Of a stretch of DNA of 27,618 bases, positions 1 through 8,928 are shown piece after piece. Source of the DNA: Thermoprotei archaeon (lineage in GTDB: Archaea; Thermoproteota; Thermoprotei; QMSL01; B3-G16); contig JAGGUS010000174.1 in the NCBI GenBank assembly GCA_021158375.1, forward strand, positions 1-27,618. The letters are read 5' to 3'. The notes beneath the pieces were generated by a model, which had not been told where the DNA came from, did not search any database, and saw only the letters and a program-made list of their open reading frames with translations. The position numbers and the translations under genes are program-made. Numbering within the stretch: the first letter of the stretch is position 1; the number at the start of each line of letters is the position of its first letter.

Positions 1-1059
1 GTTGTTGGTACTACTGTAGAAGTTAATGTTGCTAATGTAAAATTTAAAATACTTGGAACTGGATGTATCGTAAACCTAACAATAAACGACGAACTATTCC
101 TACTATACAGCGGATATGCATTCTGGCCAGATTCAATGAATGGTCTTTTATATTACATACCGGAGTACTCTGCGAGATTCTTAAGGGTTGATGTACCTAA
201 AGTGGAGCCGTTTGCAAACGGCATAATCGTAAAAACATATGCAAAAGTTAGAGATCCCAAAATACGTGTCTATGGTGTATTTACTGTTTACAGTTCAGGT
301 ATGATAGTTGTGAATATAACATATGTAGCATGGAATATAACTACTATGGAGTGGCCAGGAGTACGTAATTTGTATCCATACCCAGAGTTTAATGGTCTAA
401 AATGCCTTGCTATAGCAGATCAGGGGAGTATCATTGAATTACCCCATGATGATCAGCAAGGTTCAAGATGGGGTGGTGGTTGGGTTGGTCTTGGAATGCC
501 ATCACCAACTATCCCAAATACCTACCTAGTATGCCTAACACTACTACCACGCTTATATGATACTAGTGAGCTAAGATCTTATTCAGATATCCCGGTCCCT
601 CCATGGTATACAAGACAGAAAATATTCGCTCATGTTATTCGAGAATACGGTAGTAGCTGGTCTGGTGCATCAGGTGATAGTCTTACATATTTATACGTAT
701 TATACCCACATACAAAAGGAGAGACATTTACAAGAAACCTCCTAACAATAGGATGGAAACTAGATAGAGTAATAAATTCAGTAGGAACTACTAGTGTTCA
801 TGTGAAATTATCTATCACTAAACGAATGATTGAAGATCTATCAAAAAACATAGAGAACGTGCTGGATAAACTAGGAGTTGGTGATATTAGTACAACCTCT
901 AGTATGGTCGATAATATATACAGGAGAGCTAAGTTCCTATGGTTAACTGAGAGCTACTATGAGCTACTATTTCTCATAATAATACCTAGTGCTATTCTCT
1001 TTGGACTAGTGATATTAATCTACGTAAGAACTATGAAGCATACCAAACGATCTGTGTAG
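1..1059 (+). CDS. C-terminal part of a membrane-anchored extracellular protein (5' end outside the window)
   Basis: Frame 1 is open from base 1 (VVGTTVEVNVANVKFKILG...) into the 136..1059 ORF. It ends in a hydrophobic helix LLFLIIIPSAILFGLVILIYV followed by a basic tail RTMKHTKRSV. The segment FTVYSSGMIVVNITY weakly resembles a beta-galactosidase C-terminal supersandwich. Confidence 0.65.
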   Translation, partial: VVGTTVEVNVANVKFKILGTGCIVNLTINDELFLLYSGYAFWPDSMNGLLYYIPEYSARFLRVDVPKVEPFANGIIVKTYAKVRDPKIRVYGVFTVYSSGMIVVNITYVAWNITTMEWPGVRNLYPYPEFNGLKCLAIADQGSIIELPHDDQQGSRWGGGWVGLGMPSPTIPNTYLVCLTLLPRLYDTSELRSYSDIPVPPWYTRQKIFAHVIREYGSSWSGASGDSLTYLYVLYPHTKGETFTRNLLTIGWKLDRVINSVGTTSVHVKLSITKRMIEDLSKNIENVLDKLGVGDISTTSSMVDNIYRRAKFLWLTESYYELLFLIIIPSAILFGLVILIYVRTMKHTKRSV

Positions 1060-1386
1060 TAATTTTACTGAATATAGTAGTCTAAAAATATTTTTCAACA
1101 TTATTAATATTTAGGTAGATCTTGCAGTGTAAATTCTCAGAGAAACTTGAAGTTCATAACATCGTTGACAGTCATAATTTAATCTAGGTATCTTCACATT
1201 TGAGTATTAATACTAGGATTACGAGATGAGAAGCTTAAAAACTAATCTAATCTCTACTCCCCTCTTTAAAAGTGTAGACGGCCTTAATTGTGGAAGAAAT
1301 GAGGGCATGAAGAAAAGAGTTCAGAGTTACACTTTTCTCCTTCCCCATAGATATGACATATATGTAGCATAGTCATTCTTAAGGTG

Positions 1387-1771
1387 TTACTGCTTAACTC
1401 GTAATTTTCTACACTTATGACGATCATAAGTGGTATATAGCTCTCTAATGAGTAGTGCTAAGACAAGTACTGTTGAGAGCAACTAAGATGCAGTTGGCAA
1501 GGGTGAGCACACTATGCTTTTCTAATTGGTATATTCTAAATAGAGCTAAGATTAGTAATGGATATACTATGAGTAGTATGAAGAGAAGATTTAGTCCTAA
1601 GTCTACGCCGGTTCTAAAGTAGGCTATGCATACTTAGTATGCTAAGAGGAGTAATGCAGGGATCGCAATTGCTGAGAGGATGCTGAACGTCTTTATATCG
1701 TGCTTTTTACTGAATATCGCATATGCAATAGTAGCTGATACGCTAGAGATTACTAAACCTACAATAGTGGA
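1387..1771 (-). pseudogene. Disrupted multi-pass membrane protein
   Basis: Minus frame reads STIVGLVISSVSATIAYAIFSKKHDIKTFSILSAIAIPALLLLAY*VCIAYFRTGVDLGLNLLFILLIVVYPLLILALFRIY, with an in-frame TAA at 1634-1636. After a frameshift it continues STVLVLALLIRELY...KQ*. It may extend upstream to about 1870. Confidence 0.45.
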
Positions 1772-2309
1772 TCATATGATCCTGCCGTTAAGGTGAACCT
1801 AATCGCTATCACTATAGGATAACAAAATATTGCAGTATCAGTATAAATATAGAATGATATCTTCCTTTTACGCTCCTTACCTTGACAAAGATAAATAATG
1901 ATAAAAATCATTACCGTTAGATGAATTAGTGAAAACATTGTTAGAGACTTCTAGAATTGAGATCCTGTCGGATACTTTAACAGCAGTATCCACTTCGTTA
2001 ATAAGATCGTAAGTTAGCGCTAAACTAAGCAAAGCATGGACAGTAATTACATGTCATAACTATACTATCCTACTGAGATTGCCACTTACGAAATATAAGA
2101 GCGTAAGGATCCTACATTTAGTAAGGACACTAGAATAAGGCAGACGATAGAAATCCTAAAGCCTTTAGCAAAGATTGAACTACCCAAAGTAAGACCATGG
2201 TAGTAATAACCTAAAGGCTTATGGACAATATTATTTTAAGGGACATTGTAAGCTCCCCAAAACATTACAATCTGAAGAGATATCGCATTCTAATATGGAT
2301 GAATTTACT

Positions 2310-2940
2310 TAAAAATAGTGTAAAACGTGGTTGCCCGTGTTTTATCTTTTAGCGACTAGAGATATTTTGGAAATTAGCACGGGCTTCCCCTTCATCCCTC
2401 CTTGGATTTGCATCTGGTTAGGGGCATTCGGGGAGTCCATGAGACCACAGCTCCTCACATCTCGGGTTAGAAGTTTAAGACTATGCTCTCCCTTATTCTC
2501 TTAACAAATCTCCATTTCCTAGAGTATTTCTTCTGTATCTTCTCGCTGATAATTTTATGGGCTAATGCTCTCTTTAATCCATCAAATGGAATGACATTTA
2601 TAGAAACTAGTTTCCCAATTTTTGCCAACTATAGTATAGATTGTGTTGTTGAAGTTGATATCAACACCCATAACGTCTTCTGGTTTTCTTAACGTTACTT
2701 CTCTCTCTCGAAGGTAAGGTAAAACCATATCTCCTCCTTTCTATAGCTTACTAGGATTTCCTTAAGCTTCCAAAATCGCTAAGATATTTTTCAAGATAAC
2801 TATACCACTCTAGCTTCAATTCGGCCCACTCGTTATTGAGAACAGCTATTCTAAGCACTTTATTATTCATATCAAGCCTGTAGTCTTGGTAATCTAGTCT
2901 TGCCGTTAGCTTTTTTAATACTGGTTTACTAAACAACTAA
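2310..2940 (-). pseudogene. tnpB: IS200/IS605-family tnpB remnant (5'-truncated, frameshifted, RuvC-II/zinc-finger/RuvC-III region deleted)
   Basis: Pieces across frames: KPVLKKLTARLDYQDYRLD...LRIAVLNNEWAELKL; EILVSY...IWFYLTFE...KPEDVMGVDINFNN (RuvC-I); LKRALAHKIISEKIQKKYSRKWRF. These join directly to a C-terminal tail PRCEEL...PNAPNQMQIQGGMKG typical of archaeal TnpB. Confidence 0.75.
2330..2470 (-). ncRNA. Possible omegaRNA/right-end region of the tnpB remnant
   Basis: Inverted repeat GCCCGTG (2333-2339)/CACGGGC (2378-2384) encloses an inner TATCT/AGATA stem at the 3' end of the tnpB remnant, where omegaRNAs normally lie. Confidence 0.35.
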
Positions 2941-3319
2941 AATAATCATTTAAGTGAATAGTCTTATTCTCATATTACCTTCTTCAAGCTCACACTCCTC
3001 CCTAAGTAATTTGCTCGTAAGGCTTGGTTCCACACGAGCTATTTCCTGCCTTAAAGCTCTCATAATTAACTCGCGCTTCTCAGCTTCTACCTCATATTTC
3101 CGCTATGTATAGTTAAGTAACCCTCTTTATGCGCAAGTACACAGGATAACGGTCTAATATCATTCTATGAAAATTAAAGGCCTTAGCGATAATTTTACGA
3201 TACCCTCTAAGTTAATTAGAACTATCAGTATATGATGCTAGACTATTACTTAGAAATAACAGCATTATGCACAATCTATGAAGCCATAGGAGTAGGGAAG
3301 GGTGAAGAGTAGTTTACCA

Positions 3320-3333
3320 AAAGCATTTATACC
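3320..3333 (+). promoter_or_regulatory. BRE-TATA promoter of the first vapBC operon
   Basis: AAAAGCATTTATAC lies about 30 nt upstream of ATG 3362, consistent with a leaderless archaeal transcript. Confidence 0.5.
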
Positions 3334-3361
3334 TGAGTCTTCTTTATATTTTGGGAAATAA

Positions 3362-3607
3362 ATGAAATCTGGGATAAAGGTGAGAATCTCAAAAAAATTC
3401 ACCTTATATTTACCGAAGGCAGTAGTGGAGGCAGTAGGATTAAAAGAGGGGGACTTCGTTAAGATAAAGGTGAACGGCTCCAAGATTATCCTAGAACCAG
3501 TACCAGATCCATTTGACCTGGCTTTAAAAGGGCCAAAATTTGCAAAGATCACTTTCGAGGAGTTTGAAAAGGAGTCTGAGGAGATGCAAAGTGAGCTCTT
3601 CGACTGA
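3362..3607 (+). CDS. vapB: AbrB/MazE/SpoVT-family antitoxin
   Basis: KVRISKKFTLYLPKAVVEAVGLKEGDFVKIKVNGSKIILEP is a swapped-hairpin motif, followed by an acidic tail. The gene overlaps a downstream PIN gene. Confidence 0.9.
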   Translation: MKSGIKVRISKKFTLYLPKAVVEAVGLKEGDFVKIKVNGSKIILEPVPDPFDLALKGPKFAKITFEEFEKESEEMQSELFD

Positions 3608-4052
3608 GCTAAGGATTCTCTTAGATTCAACTTATATCCTGCCGATATTGGGTGTAGAGGTTGAAGGTATAGATGAGGTGTTAGTGGTTCTTAGAAGGCT
3701 CAGGAGGAAGAAGAGAGCTAGATTTTATTATACGGAGTTCAACATACTTGAGATCCTAGGTAAAATCGCTAAGGTTAGATATAATCGTGATATAGTTGCT
3801 ACTGGGCTTTCCTTAATTCAAGAAGAGTTCGAATTAGTCCATCCAACAGTTGAGGGATACATAAAGGCGCTTAACTTAAAAAGGAGGGGGTTCAAGGATT
3901 TAATAGACTTACTCCTCTATACGACATCGCTCACACGTAACTTATTGTTCTTAACAAGAGATGTCGTCTTAATCGATTTCCTAAAGGATGTTGATGAAGA
4001 GATAGGGAATATACTATATGAGGAGGATTTCATTAGAAAGTATTCACAGTAA
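3591..4052 (+). CDS. vapC: PIN-domain ribonuclease toxin
   Basis: Acidic PIN residues in ILLDST, NILEI, DLIDLL and LTRD. Start placed at GTG 3591 after GAGGAG; the ORF track starts at 3540. Confidence 0.88.
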   Translation: MSSSTELRILLDSTYILPILGVEVEGIDEVLVVLRRLRRKKRARFYYTEFNILEILGKIAKVRYNRDIVATGLSLIQEEFELVHPTVEGYIKALNLKRRGFKDLIDLLLYTTSLTRNLLFLTRDVVLIDFLKDVDEEIGNILYEEDFIRKYSQ

Positions 4053-4183
4053 ACCTTCAAAAATATACATTAGGCTTTAAGTAATATCTTATCTTCTCCA
4101 GCTCACTTTTATTCAAGAATGTGAAACGGTAAGTAATGAATATGAATAGTAGGGAATAGCTTGTATTATGAAGTGGATGAAAG

Positions 4184-4414
4184 TTGAGTGTTGTAGTCTC
4201 ATTTCGAATACCGAAGGAATTAAAGAAGAAGATGGACGAATTACGAGGGCTTATCAATTGGAGTGAGGAAATTCGAAGGTTCATTGAAAGGCGCATAAAG
4301 GAGTATGAGCAAATAAGAACGATAGAGGAACTTGAGGAGATAGTGAAGGGTATTCCTACGGTACCTAAAGGAACTGCAATGAAGTACGTGAGGGAAGATC
4401 GTGATAGTCATTGA
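4184..4414 (+). CDS. vapB: Ribbon-helix-helix (CopG-like) antitoxin
   Basis: MSVVVSFRIPKELKKKMDELRGLINWSEEIRRFIERRI has the RHH pattern. The tail KYVREDRD overlaps a PIN remnant. Confidence 0.88.
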   Translation: MSVVVSFRIPKELKKKMDELRGLINWSEEIRRFIERRIKEYEQIRTIEELEEIVKGIPTVPKGTAMKYVREDRDSH

Positions 4415-4581
4415 TGCCTCAAGTCTAACAGACTATGTATTACATGAAGAGAACATGAAATAACACTTTACGACCCATTATATATAGCACAAGCGCAAAA
4501 GTATGGAGAACTGCTCACGAGTGACAGAAATCAAGCAGAGGTAGCTGATAAATAGGAATAAAAGTGTACCTAGTAGTATAA
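4401..4581 (+). pseudogene. vapC: PIN toxin with large internal deletion
   Basis: N-terminal VIVIDASSLTDYVLHEEN is joined out of frame to C-terminal HEITLYDPLYIAQAQKYGELLTSDRNQAEVA...GIKVYLVV*. The middle of the domain is missing. Confidence 0.8.
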
Positions 4582-4626
4582 AACAGAGCTATGTTATAAC
4601 GAATGTTATGCAGAGGTTCATTAATA

Positions 4627-5112
4627 ATGATGTTAAACTTGAAAATGAGAGATGCATTGCCTGAAGATATTTAAGCAATAACTAATATAACTATAGAGGC
4701 ATTTTGGAAAGAATATGGAAGCTTAAAGGGGGCGGAAAACGTATTTAGAGGCCCTGTGGCAAGACAATGGGAGCATATGATAAAAGATGATGCATCGATA
4801 GTTCCAGTAGCGGAAGAGATAAGCAGATGGCTAGGATTCTTAGTTTTCCGTTGGTAGTTGGTTGGAATGGCTGGTTAGAGGCAATAGCTGTTAAAAAGGA
4901 ATATAGAGGTATGGGCATAGGTACGCTATTAATGAGAGTATTAATTAAGAGAGTACATAGGATTAGTTACATGAGAATATGTCCCGCTCAGACAGAACGG
5001 GAAAGTGATTAAGTTTTATAGGAAATTTAACGCACAACGTTTTAGAGGACTACCAGATAAAGACGTAGGGGAGCTAATGTTATATTTCGTACATACAAGA
5101 AAGTCTATTTAA
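4627..5112 (+). pseudogene. GNAT-family N-acetyltransferase pseudogene
   Basis: MMLNLKMRDALPEDI*AITNITIEAFW...; acetyl-CoA-binding motif A in WLEAIAVKKEYRGMGIGTLLM; C-terminal VIKFYRKF in another frame. Contains stops and frameshifts. Confidence 0.75.
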
Positions 5113-5157
5113 ACTGGCAGTTTAGATATTACTAAGGATAGTTTGTAGTGATTTGAT

Positions 5158-5625
5158 ATGGTAATGGATAGAGATGAATTAATTAAGATTCTTCGTAATA
5201 AGCTCAACAATCTCCCTAGTACTATTAAAGCTGTTTTACTCTTTGGATCTGTTGCCCGCGGTGAAGCAAGGGAGAAGAGCGATATCGATCTCTTGGTGTT
5301 ACATGAGGAACTAGGTATTAATAATCCGGTATCCCGTAGGAGGTACCTATATAGATTAGTAATGGATCGCATTGGAGATTTATTTGATGCCGTTACATTA
5401 ATAGATATGGAGCTAAAGGAATTCCTAAAGCCTAAAATAATCACATCTCTCCTTCTTAACATATATTGGGATTCTATAGTCATTATTGATAGGACTAAGA
5501 GGATAGAGAGGTTCTTAAGCTATGTACGTGAGAGGATTCGTGAAGCAGGCCTAGTACGTATTAAGGATGGAAAAGCGTACTACTGGAAATTACCAAGACC
5601 CTTTGGGAGGATTGAAATCTTATGA
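5158..5625 (+). CDS. Minimal nucleotidyltransferase (MNT) antitoxin with C-terminal extension
   Basis: LLFGSVARGEAREKSDIDLLV matches GS-x10-DxD. ATGA overlap with the downstream HEPN gene. Confidence 0.9.
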   Translation: MVMDRDELIKILRNKLNNLPSTIKAVLLFGSVARGEAREKSDIDLLVLHEELGINNPVSRRRYLYRLVMDRIGDLFDAVTLIDMELKEFLKPKIITSLLLNIYWDSIVIIDRTKRIERFLSYVRERIREAGLVRIKDGKAYYWKLPRPFGRIEIL

Positions 5626-6059
5626 GTATTGATCCAATAGAGGAAGCGTATTATAGGTACAGGCTAGCGATCCAACACCTTAATAGGGCTAAGAGACTTT
5701 ATGAATTAAATGATTGGGTTGGGACGGTACAATTCGCCCAAATAGCTATTGAAAACTTCGCTAAGACGCTTATAGCGCTTTTTGAAATACCCACTTGGAG
5801 CCACGATCCATCGAATCAGTTAATTAGATTACTTAATAGATTCCCTGATAAGATAACCGTACATATACGTGAGCTTGCGGAGATCACCAGAAGTGTAGCT
5901 CCAGAACATGGTAGATCTACTTATGGTGAGCCAAGCAGAGGGCTCACACCTAACGAAATATACACTAAGGATGAGGCTAAAGGAATTCTTGAAAAAGCGC
6001 AGAGAGCAAAAGACATAGTAGAACTGGTACTTAACGCATTGAACATTAGTTTACACTGA
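5622..6059 (+). CDS. HEPN-domain protein (HEPN-T/COG2250-like)
   Basis: Helical pattern LNRAKRLYELNDWVGTVQFAQIAIENFAK, conserved WSHD and RSVAPEHGRSTYGEP; coupled to an MNT gene. Confidence 0.88.
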   Translation: MSIDPIEEAYYRYRLAIQHLNRAKRLYELNDWVGTVQFAQIAIENFAKTLIALFEIPTWSHDPSNQLIRLLNRFPDKITVHIRELAEITRSVAPEHGRSTYGEPSRGLTPNEIYTKDEAKGILEKAQRAKDIVELVLNALNISLH

Positions 6060-6270
6060 GCAACTATGTTGCTAAAATCTTCAATGACCACATTCTTAAC
6101 CGCTTGATAATCATTAAGAGGATTAAACGGGTCTTAATATTAGAAAGCGTCTCTTTAGTGATGAAACTCCTTTAGTAGAGCACTAAATCGCGGTTTAATT
6201 TTGAGCAAACCGGAGTGGGAAATCACTAGGAGCAAAGAAAAGCCAATTCAATATTTTCCCATAGAGTAAA

Positions 6271-6296
6271 TAGTGGGAATGCTTATTAGTGGGAAT
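6271..6296 (+). promoter_or_regulatory. Candidate AbrB operator (tandem TAGTGGGAAT)
   Basis: TAGTGGGAAT at 6271-6280 and 6287-6296; further TGGGAA copies at about 6216 and inverted at 6256-6261, all upstream of the antitoxin gene. Confidence 0.4.
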
Positions 6297-6321
6297 ATTT
6301 ATTGGTAATGTAGGGCCATTC

Positions 6322-6600
6322 ATGAAACGTATCCTCTATGTGGATAGTAGAGGTAGAATAGTCATACCAAGTGATGTTAGGAAGATGTTAGGTATAGGGA
6401 AAATCGTAAAAATGAGTATTAAAGATAATAAGATAATCATAGAGCCCGTTAAGGATCCTCTGGACGAGCTCTCCAATCAAATAGTTAAGGTACACATAAA
6501 GGCATCAGTAGAACCCTCAGAATTGAGCAAGATGGCATACTCACGATTAATGGAGGAGATAAGAAGTGAGGAAGAGAAGGAGAAGAGAGATTCTAATTGA
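6322..6600 (+). CDS. vapB: AbrB/MazE/SpoVT-family antitoxin
   Basis: MKRILYVDSRGRIVIPSDVRKMLGIGKIVKM...KIIIEP. Start placed at ATG 6322; the track gives 6289. Confidence 0.88.
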   Translation: MKRILYVDSRGRIVIPSDVRKMLGIGKIVKMSIKDNKIIIEPVKDPLDELSNQIVKVHIKASVEPSELSKMAYSRLMEEIRSEEEKEKRDSN

Positions 6601-7015
6601 GACCGACGTATTCGTAGCCGCTATAGATCACGAAGACCCACATCATGAAGAGGCCCGTGAGGTTATTACAGGATACAGTATCGTGTTATCACCATATACT
6701 TTAATTGAAATGGATCTCCTGATAAGGTCGAGGATAATTATAGTTAAGGACTATTGCCAGTTCTGGTATAAGGTATACAGCTTATTAGATCAGTATAAGA
6801 TTAAGATAATAATACCTAGTCCACTACATCATGCTGAAGCACAGGAAATAAGAGCGCGTTATGATTTAACATACTTCGATAGCCTACATGCAGCAGTAGC
6901 CATCGTAAACAAAATGAAACTCGTTAGTTATGATGAGAAGGCTTATGGAAAGATAAAGGATCTGAACTATGCTCATCCACATACCTTAATTATGAAAGAC
7001 ACCTTTGAAGGTTAA
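6566..7015 (+). CDS. vapC: PIN-domain ribonuclease toxin
   Basis: ILIETDVFVAAID...DPHH, TLIEM, LTYFDSLHAAVA and VSYD; overlaps the antitoxin gene. Confidence 0.88.
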   Translation: MRKRRRREILIETDVFVAAIDHEDPHHEEAREVITGYSIVLSPYTLIEMDLLIRSRIIIVKDYCQFWYKVYSLLDQYKIKIIIPSPLHHAEAQEIRARYDLTYFDSLHAAVAIVNKMKLVSYDEKAYGKIKDLNYAHPHTLIMKDTFEG

Positions 7016-7276
7016 TTATGTTCAGAGCAAGCTGAATCTCTAGATTATACTCAATATAAGCAAACCGATCCTGTATTGTGTTAAATGCACAATAAAAATC
7101 ATAAGAATCTCAAAATCGCTTATCATATTCTCGATAGTAACTTTAATACCAAGACGGCCGATCTAGGCACAAATAATATTATGTCTGTAATTGCAAAAGG
7201 AGCGATAACACGGACATATAGATCATTATCATCAAGTAGGTTTTTCTATTAGCTTAAACGCTGTTGACAAAGGGCT

Positions 7277-7606
7277 TCATATGAGTTTTATTTTCCTCCC
7301 TTTTAACCTGACAAATTCATTTAAGTTAAATATATGGATTTCTAATGGATAATACATAGGTATTGTGTTTTCAATCGCTTCCCATATGTGCATTAAGATG
7401 TTAACTCTATCATTTTCGTTCAGTTTTGATCTAAATACTACAGCTATGTCTATATCGCTATCTATGGTGATTCTATTCTCAGCTACACCGCCTATTAGAT
7501 AGAGCTCGGCTTCAGGATAGAGCTTCTTCACGACGCTTGCGACACTATACACTATTCGCCTCCATTCACGTAAGAGCAAAAGTCTCCTCCTATACTTTTT
7601 CTCCAA
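7277..7606 (-). CDS. Minimal nucleotidyltransferase (MNT)
   Basis: LYLIGGVAENRITIDSDIDIAVV (GG-x10-DxD) and LEIHI; overlaps the upstream HEPN gene. Confidence 0.85.
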   Translation of the reverse strand: MEKKYRRRLLLLREWRRIVYSVASVVKKLYPEAELYLIGGVAENRITIDSDIDIAVVFRSKLNENDRVNILMHIWEAIENTIPMYYPLEIHIFNLNEFVRLKGRKIKLI

Positions 7607-8021
7607 ATATTTTCACCTCTAGATCCTTAAGTACACTAAGGATATCTTTAGCTATTTTAAGCAATATTCCTGACTCTCTTCTACCGAATTCTACAAGCCC
7701 ATATACAGCACGTGTATGGGCTTCAGATAGCTCAGCTAACTCCCGCCTATGCTTCCTTATATAATCGATAAGCTCATTTGCTTCAGTCCCAAAACTTTCC
7801 TCTATCAACGCCGATACCAATACTCCTAAGAGCTCACGAATATTATGGCCTCTAATCTCCTCACCTAATATACGATATATAATTGACTTGATATATAATT
7901 GAACAGCATATTCGGCTTCACGAACAGCGGTATCGTAATCTCCATCATTATAAGCTCTCTCGGCCCACTTTAATGCATTTAAGGCTCTCTTCCTTAACAA
8001 TATAGGATACCTACCGCTCAT
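7590..8021 (-). CDS. HEPN-domain protein (HEPN-T/COG2250-like)
   Basis: ALKWAERAYNDGDYDTAVREAEYAVQLYIKS, RGHNIRELL and AHTRAVYG. Confidence 0.88.
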   Translation of the reverse strand: MSGRYPILLRKRALNALKWAERAYNDGDYDTAVREAEYAVQLYIKSIIYRILGEEIRGHNIRELLGVLVSALIEESFGTEANELIDYIRKHRRELAELSEAHTRAVYGLVEFGRRESGILLKIAKDILSVLKDLEVKIFGEKV

Positions 8022-8068
8022 CTTGACACCATGTAGATACTTAGATTAACAATTAATACCTTCTAGCC

Positions 8069-8080
8069 TATTTATAAATA
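8069..8080. promoter_or_regulatory. Palindromic TATA element between the divergent HEPN-MNT and ZIP genes
   Basis: Perfect 12-bp palindrome TATTTATAAATA within an 85-bp divergent gap. Confidence 0.4.
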
Positions 8081-8106
8081 TTAAATATGGATTTATAGAT
8101 TAGCCA

Positions 8107-8886
8107 ATGGTTGATGATATGATTGAACTCCTCACAAGAATGCCCTTGGTTTTAAGGGTACTAGTAATGGGTTTAATACCAGCATCATTAACTACTTTGG
8201 GAACAGCACCAATACTTATAGGCGTGAAGCTTGGAAGACATTCTCTTAATATTGGGATGGGATTCGCTGCAGGAGTGATGTTAGTTGCTTCGTTTACCAG
8301 CCTACTCATACCAGCTATTGAGAGGAGCAATGTGGTAACAGCAACCTTAGGTTTTATCATAGGCGTAGTTATTATTAAAGCATTAGATCTGTTAATACCT
8401 CATGAGCATGCTGTTGTTGAATCTAAAAAGGATGAAACGGTTATTAGTATTAAAAAGGCGCAACTTATGGCTCTAGCTATGGTAGTTCATAATATTCCTG
8501 AAGGTATGGCTGTAGGTGCCGCGACGATGTATAGTATAGCTGATGGCCTAGCTATGGCTCTTGCAATAGGCTTACAGGATATACCAGAAGGGCTTGCAGT
8601 GGCAATTCCCATTCTAATGGTAACAGGAAAAGCGAGCATATCATTTATCATGGGCGCTCTAAGTGGTCTAGCTGAAGCATTTGCAGCGATCTTGCCAGCA
8701 TTAATGGTGACGTATGCTCAGGTGACGTTACCGCTGGTATTAGCACTAGCTTCTGGTGCTATGATCTATGTAGTGATACATGAGATAATTCCTGAGATAT
8801 ACAGTCGTGAACACAATGAACTAGTGACCTTAGGCTTCTTCATCGGCTTTTTAACAATGTTAATCTTAGATAGCATCATGTCATGA
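8107..8886 (+). CDS. ZIP-family (ZupT/GufA-like) metal transporter
   Basis: GFAAGVMLVASFTSLLIPA, PHEH loop, HNIPEGMAVG and QDIPEGLAV metal-site motifs, multiple TM helices. Confidence 0.92.
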   Translation: MVDDMIELLTRMPLVLRVLVMGLIPASLTTLGTAPILIGVKLGRHSLNIGMGFAAGVMLVASFTSLLIPAIERSNVVTATLGFIIGVVIIKALDLLIPHEHAVVESKKDETVISIKKAQLMALAMVVHNIPEGMAVGAATMYSIADGLAMALAIGLQDIPEGLAVAIPILMVTGKASISFIMGALSGLAEAFAAILPALMVTYAQVTLPLVLALASGAMIYVVIHEIIPEIYSREHNELVTLGFFIGFLTMLILDSIMS

Positions 8887-8928
8887 ATACATAAATATAA
8901 CGGAACTTACAAGGCAGTTAAATAAACT

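Noticed and set aside
1900-2100. Minus-strand LTYDLINEVDTAVKVSDRISIL resembling an ABC ATPase H-loop
   Set aside because: The His is absent and there are no Walker motifs nearby.
2483-2692. Plus-strand 69-aa hydrophobic ORF
   Set aside because: Antisense to the tnpB remnant.
2951-3100. Possible RHH antitoxin remnant on the minus strand (ELIMRALRQEIAR...SKLLREE)
   Set aside because: No start, no beta-strand motif and no partner toxin; too short to support.
3215-3260. ELSVYDARLL resembling a PIN LSxYDA motif
   Set aside because: One short motif with no other PIN segments.
3265-3630. Minus-strand 121-aa ORF and other antisense ORFs (4057-4296, 5109-5483, 7537-7764, 8100-8360, 9446-9703, 10758-11225, 11867-12088, 13235-13444, 15946-16245, 17651-17842, 18721-18903, 21454-21732, 22308-22547, 22586-22822, 23833-24015, 24428-24622, 25826-26023, 25886-26215, 26710-27075, 26929-27132)
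   Set aside because: Shadow or alternative frames of recognisable genes, with no motifs of their own.
4442-4459. ACATGAA direct repeat at the vapC deletion junction as microhomology-mediated deletion
   Set aside because: Such a deletion should leave one copy, but two remain, so the mechanism cannot be assigned.
7030-7260. Minus-strand RLGIKVTIEN resembling a xylose-isomerase-like TIM-barrel strand
   Set aside because: Isolated motif within stop-rich frames.
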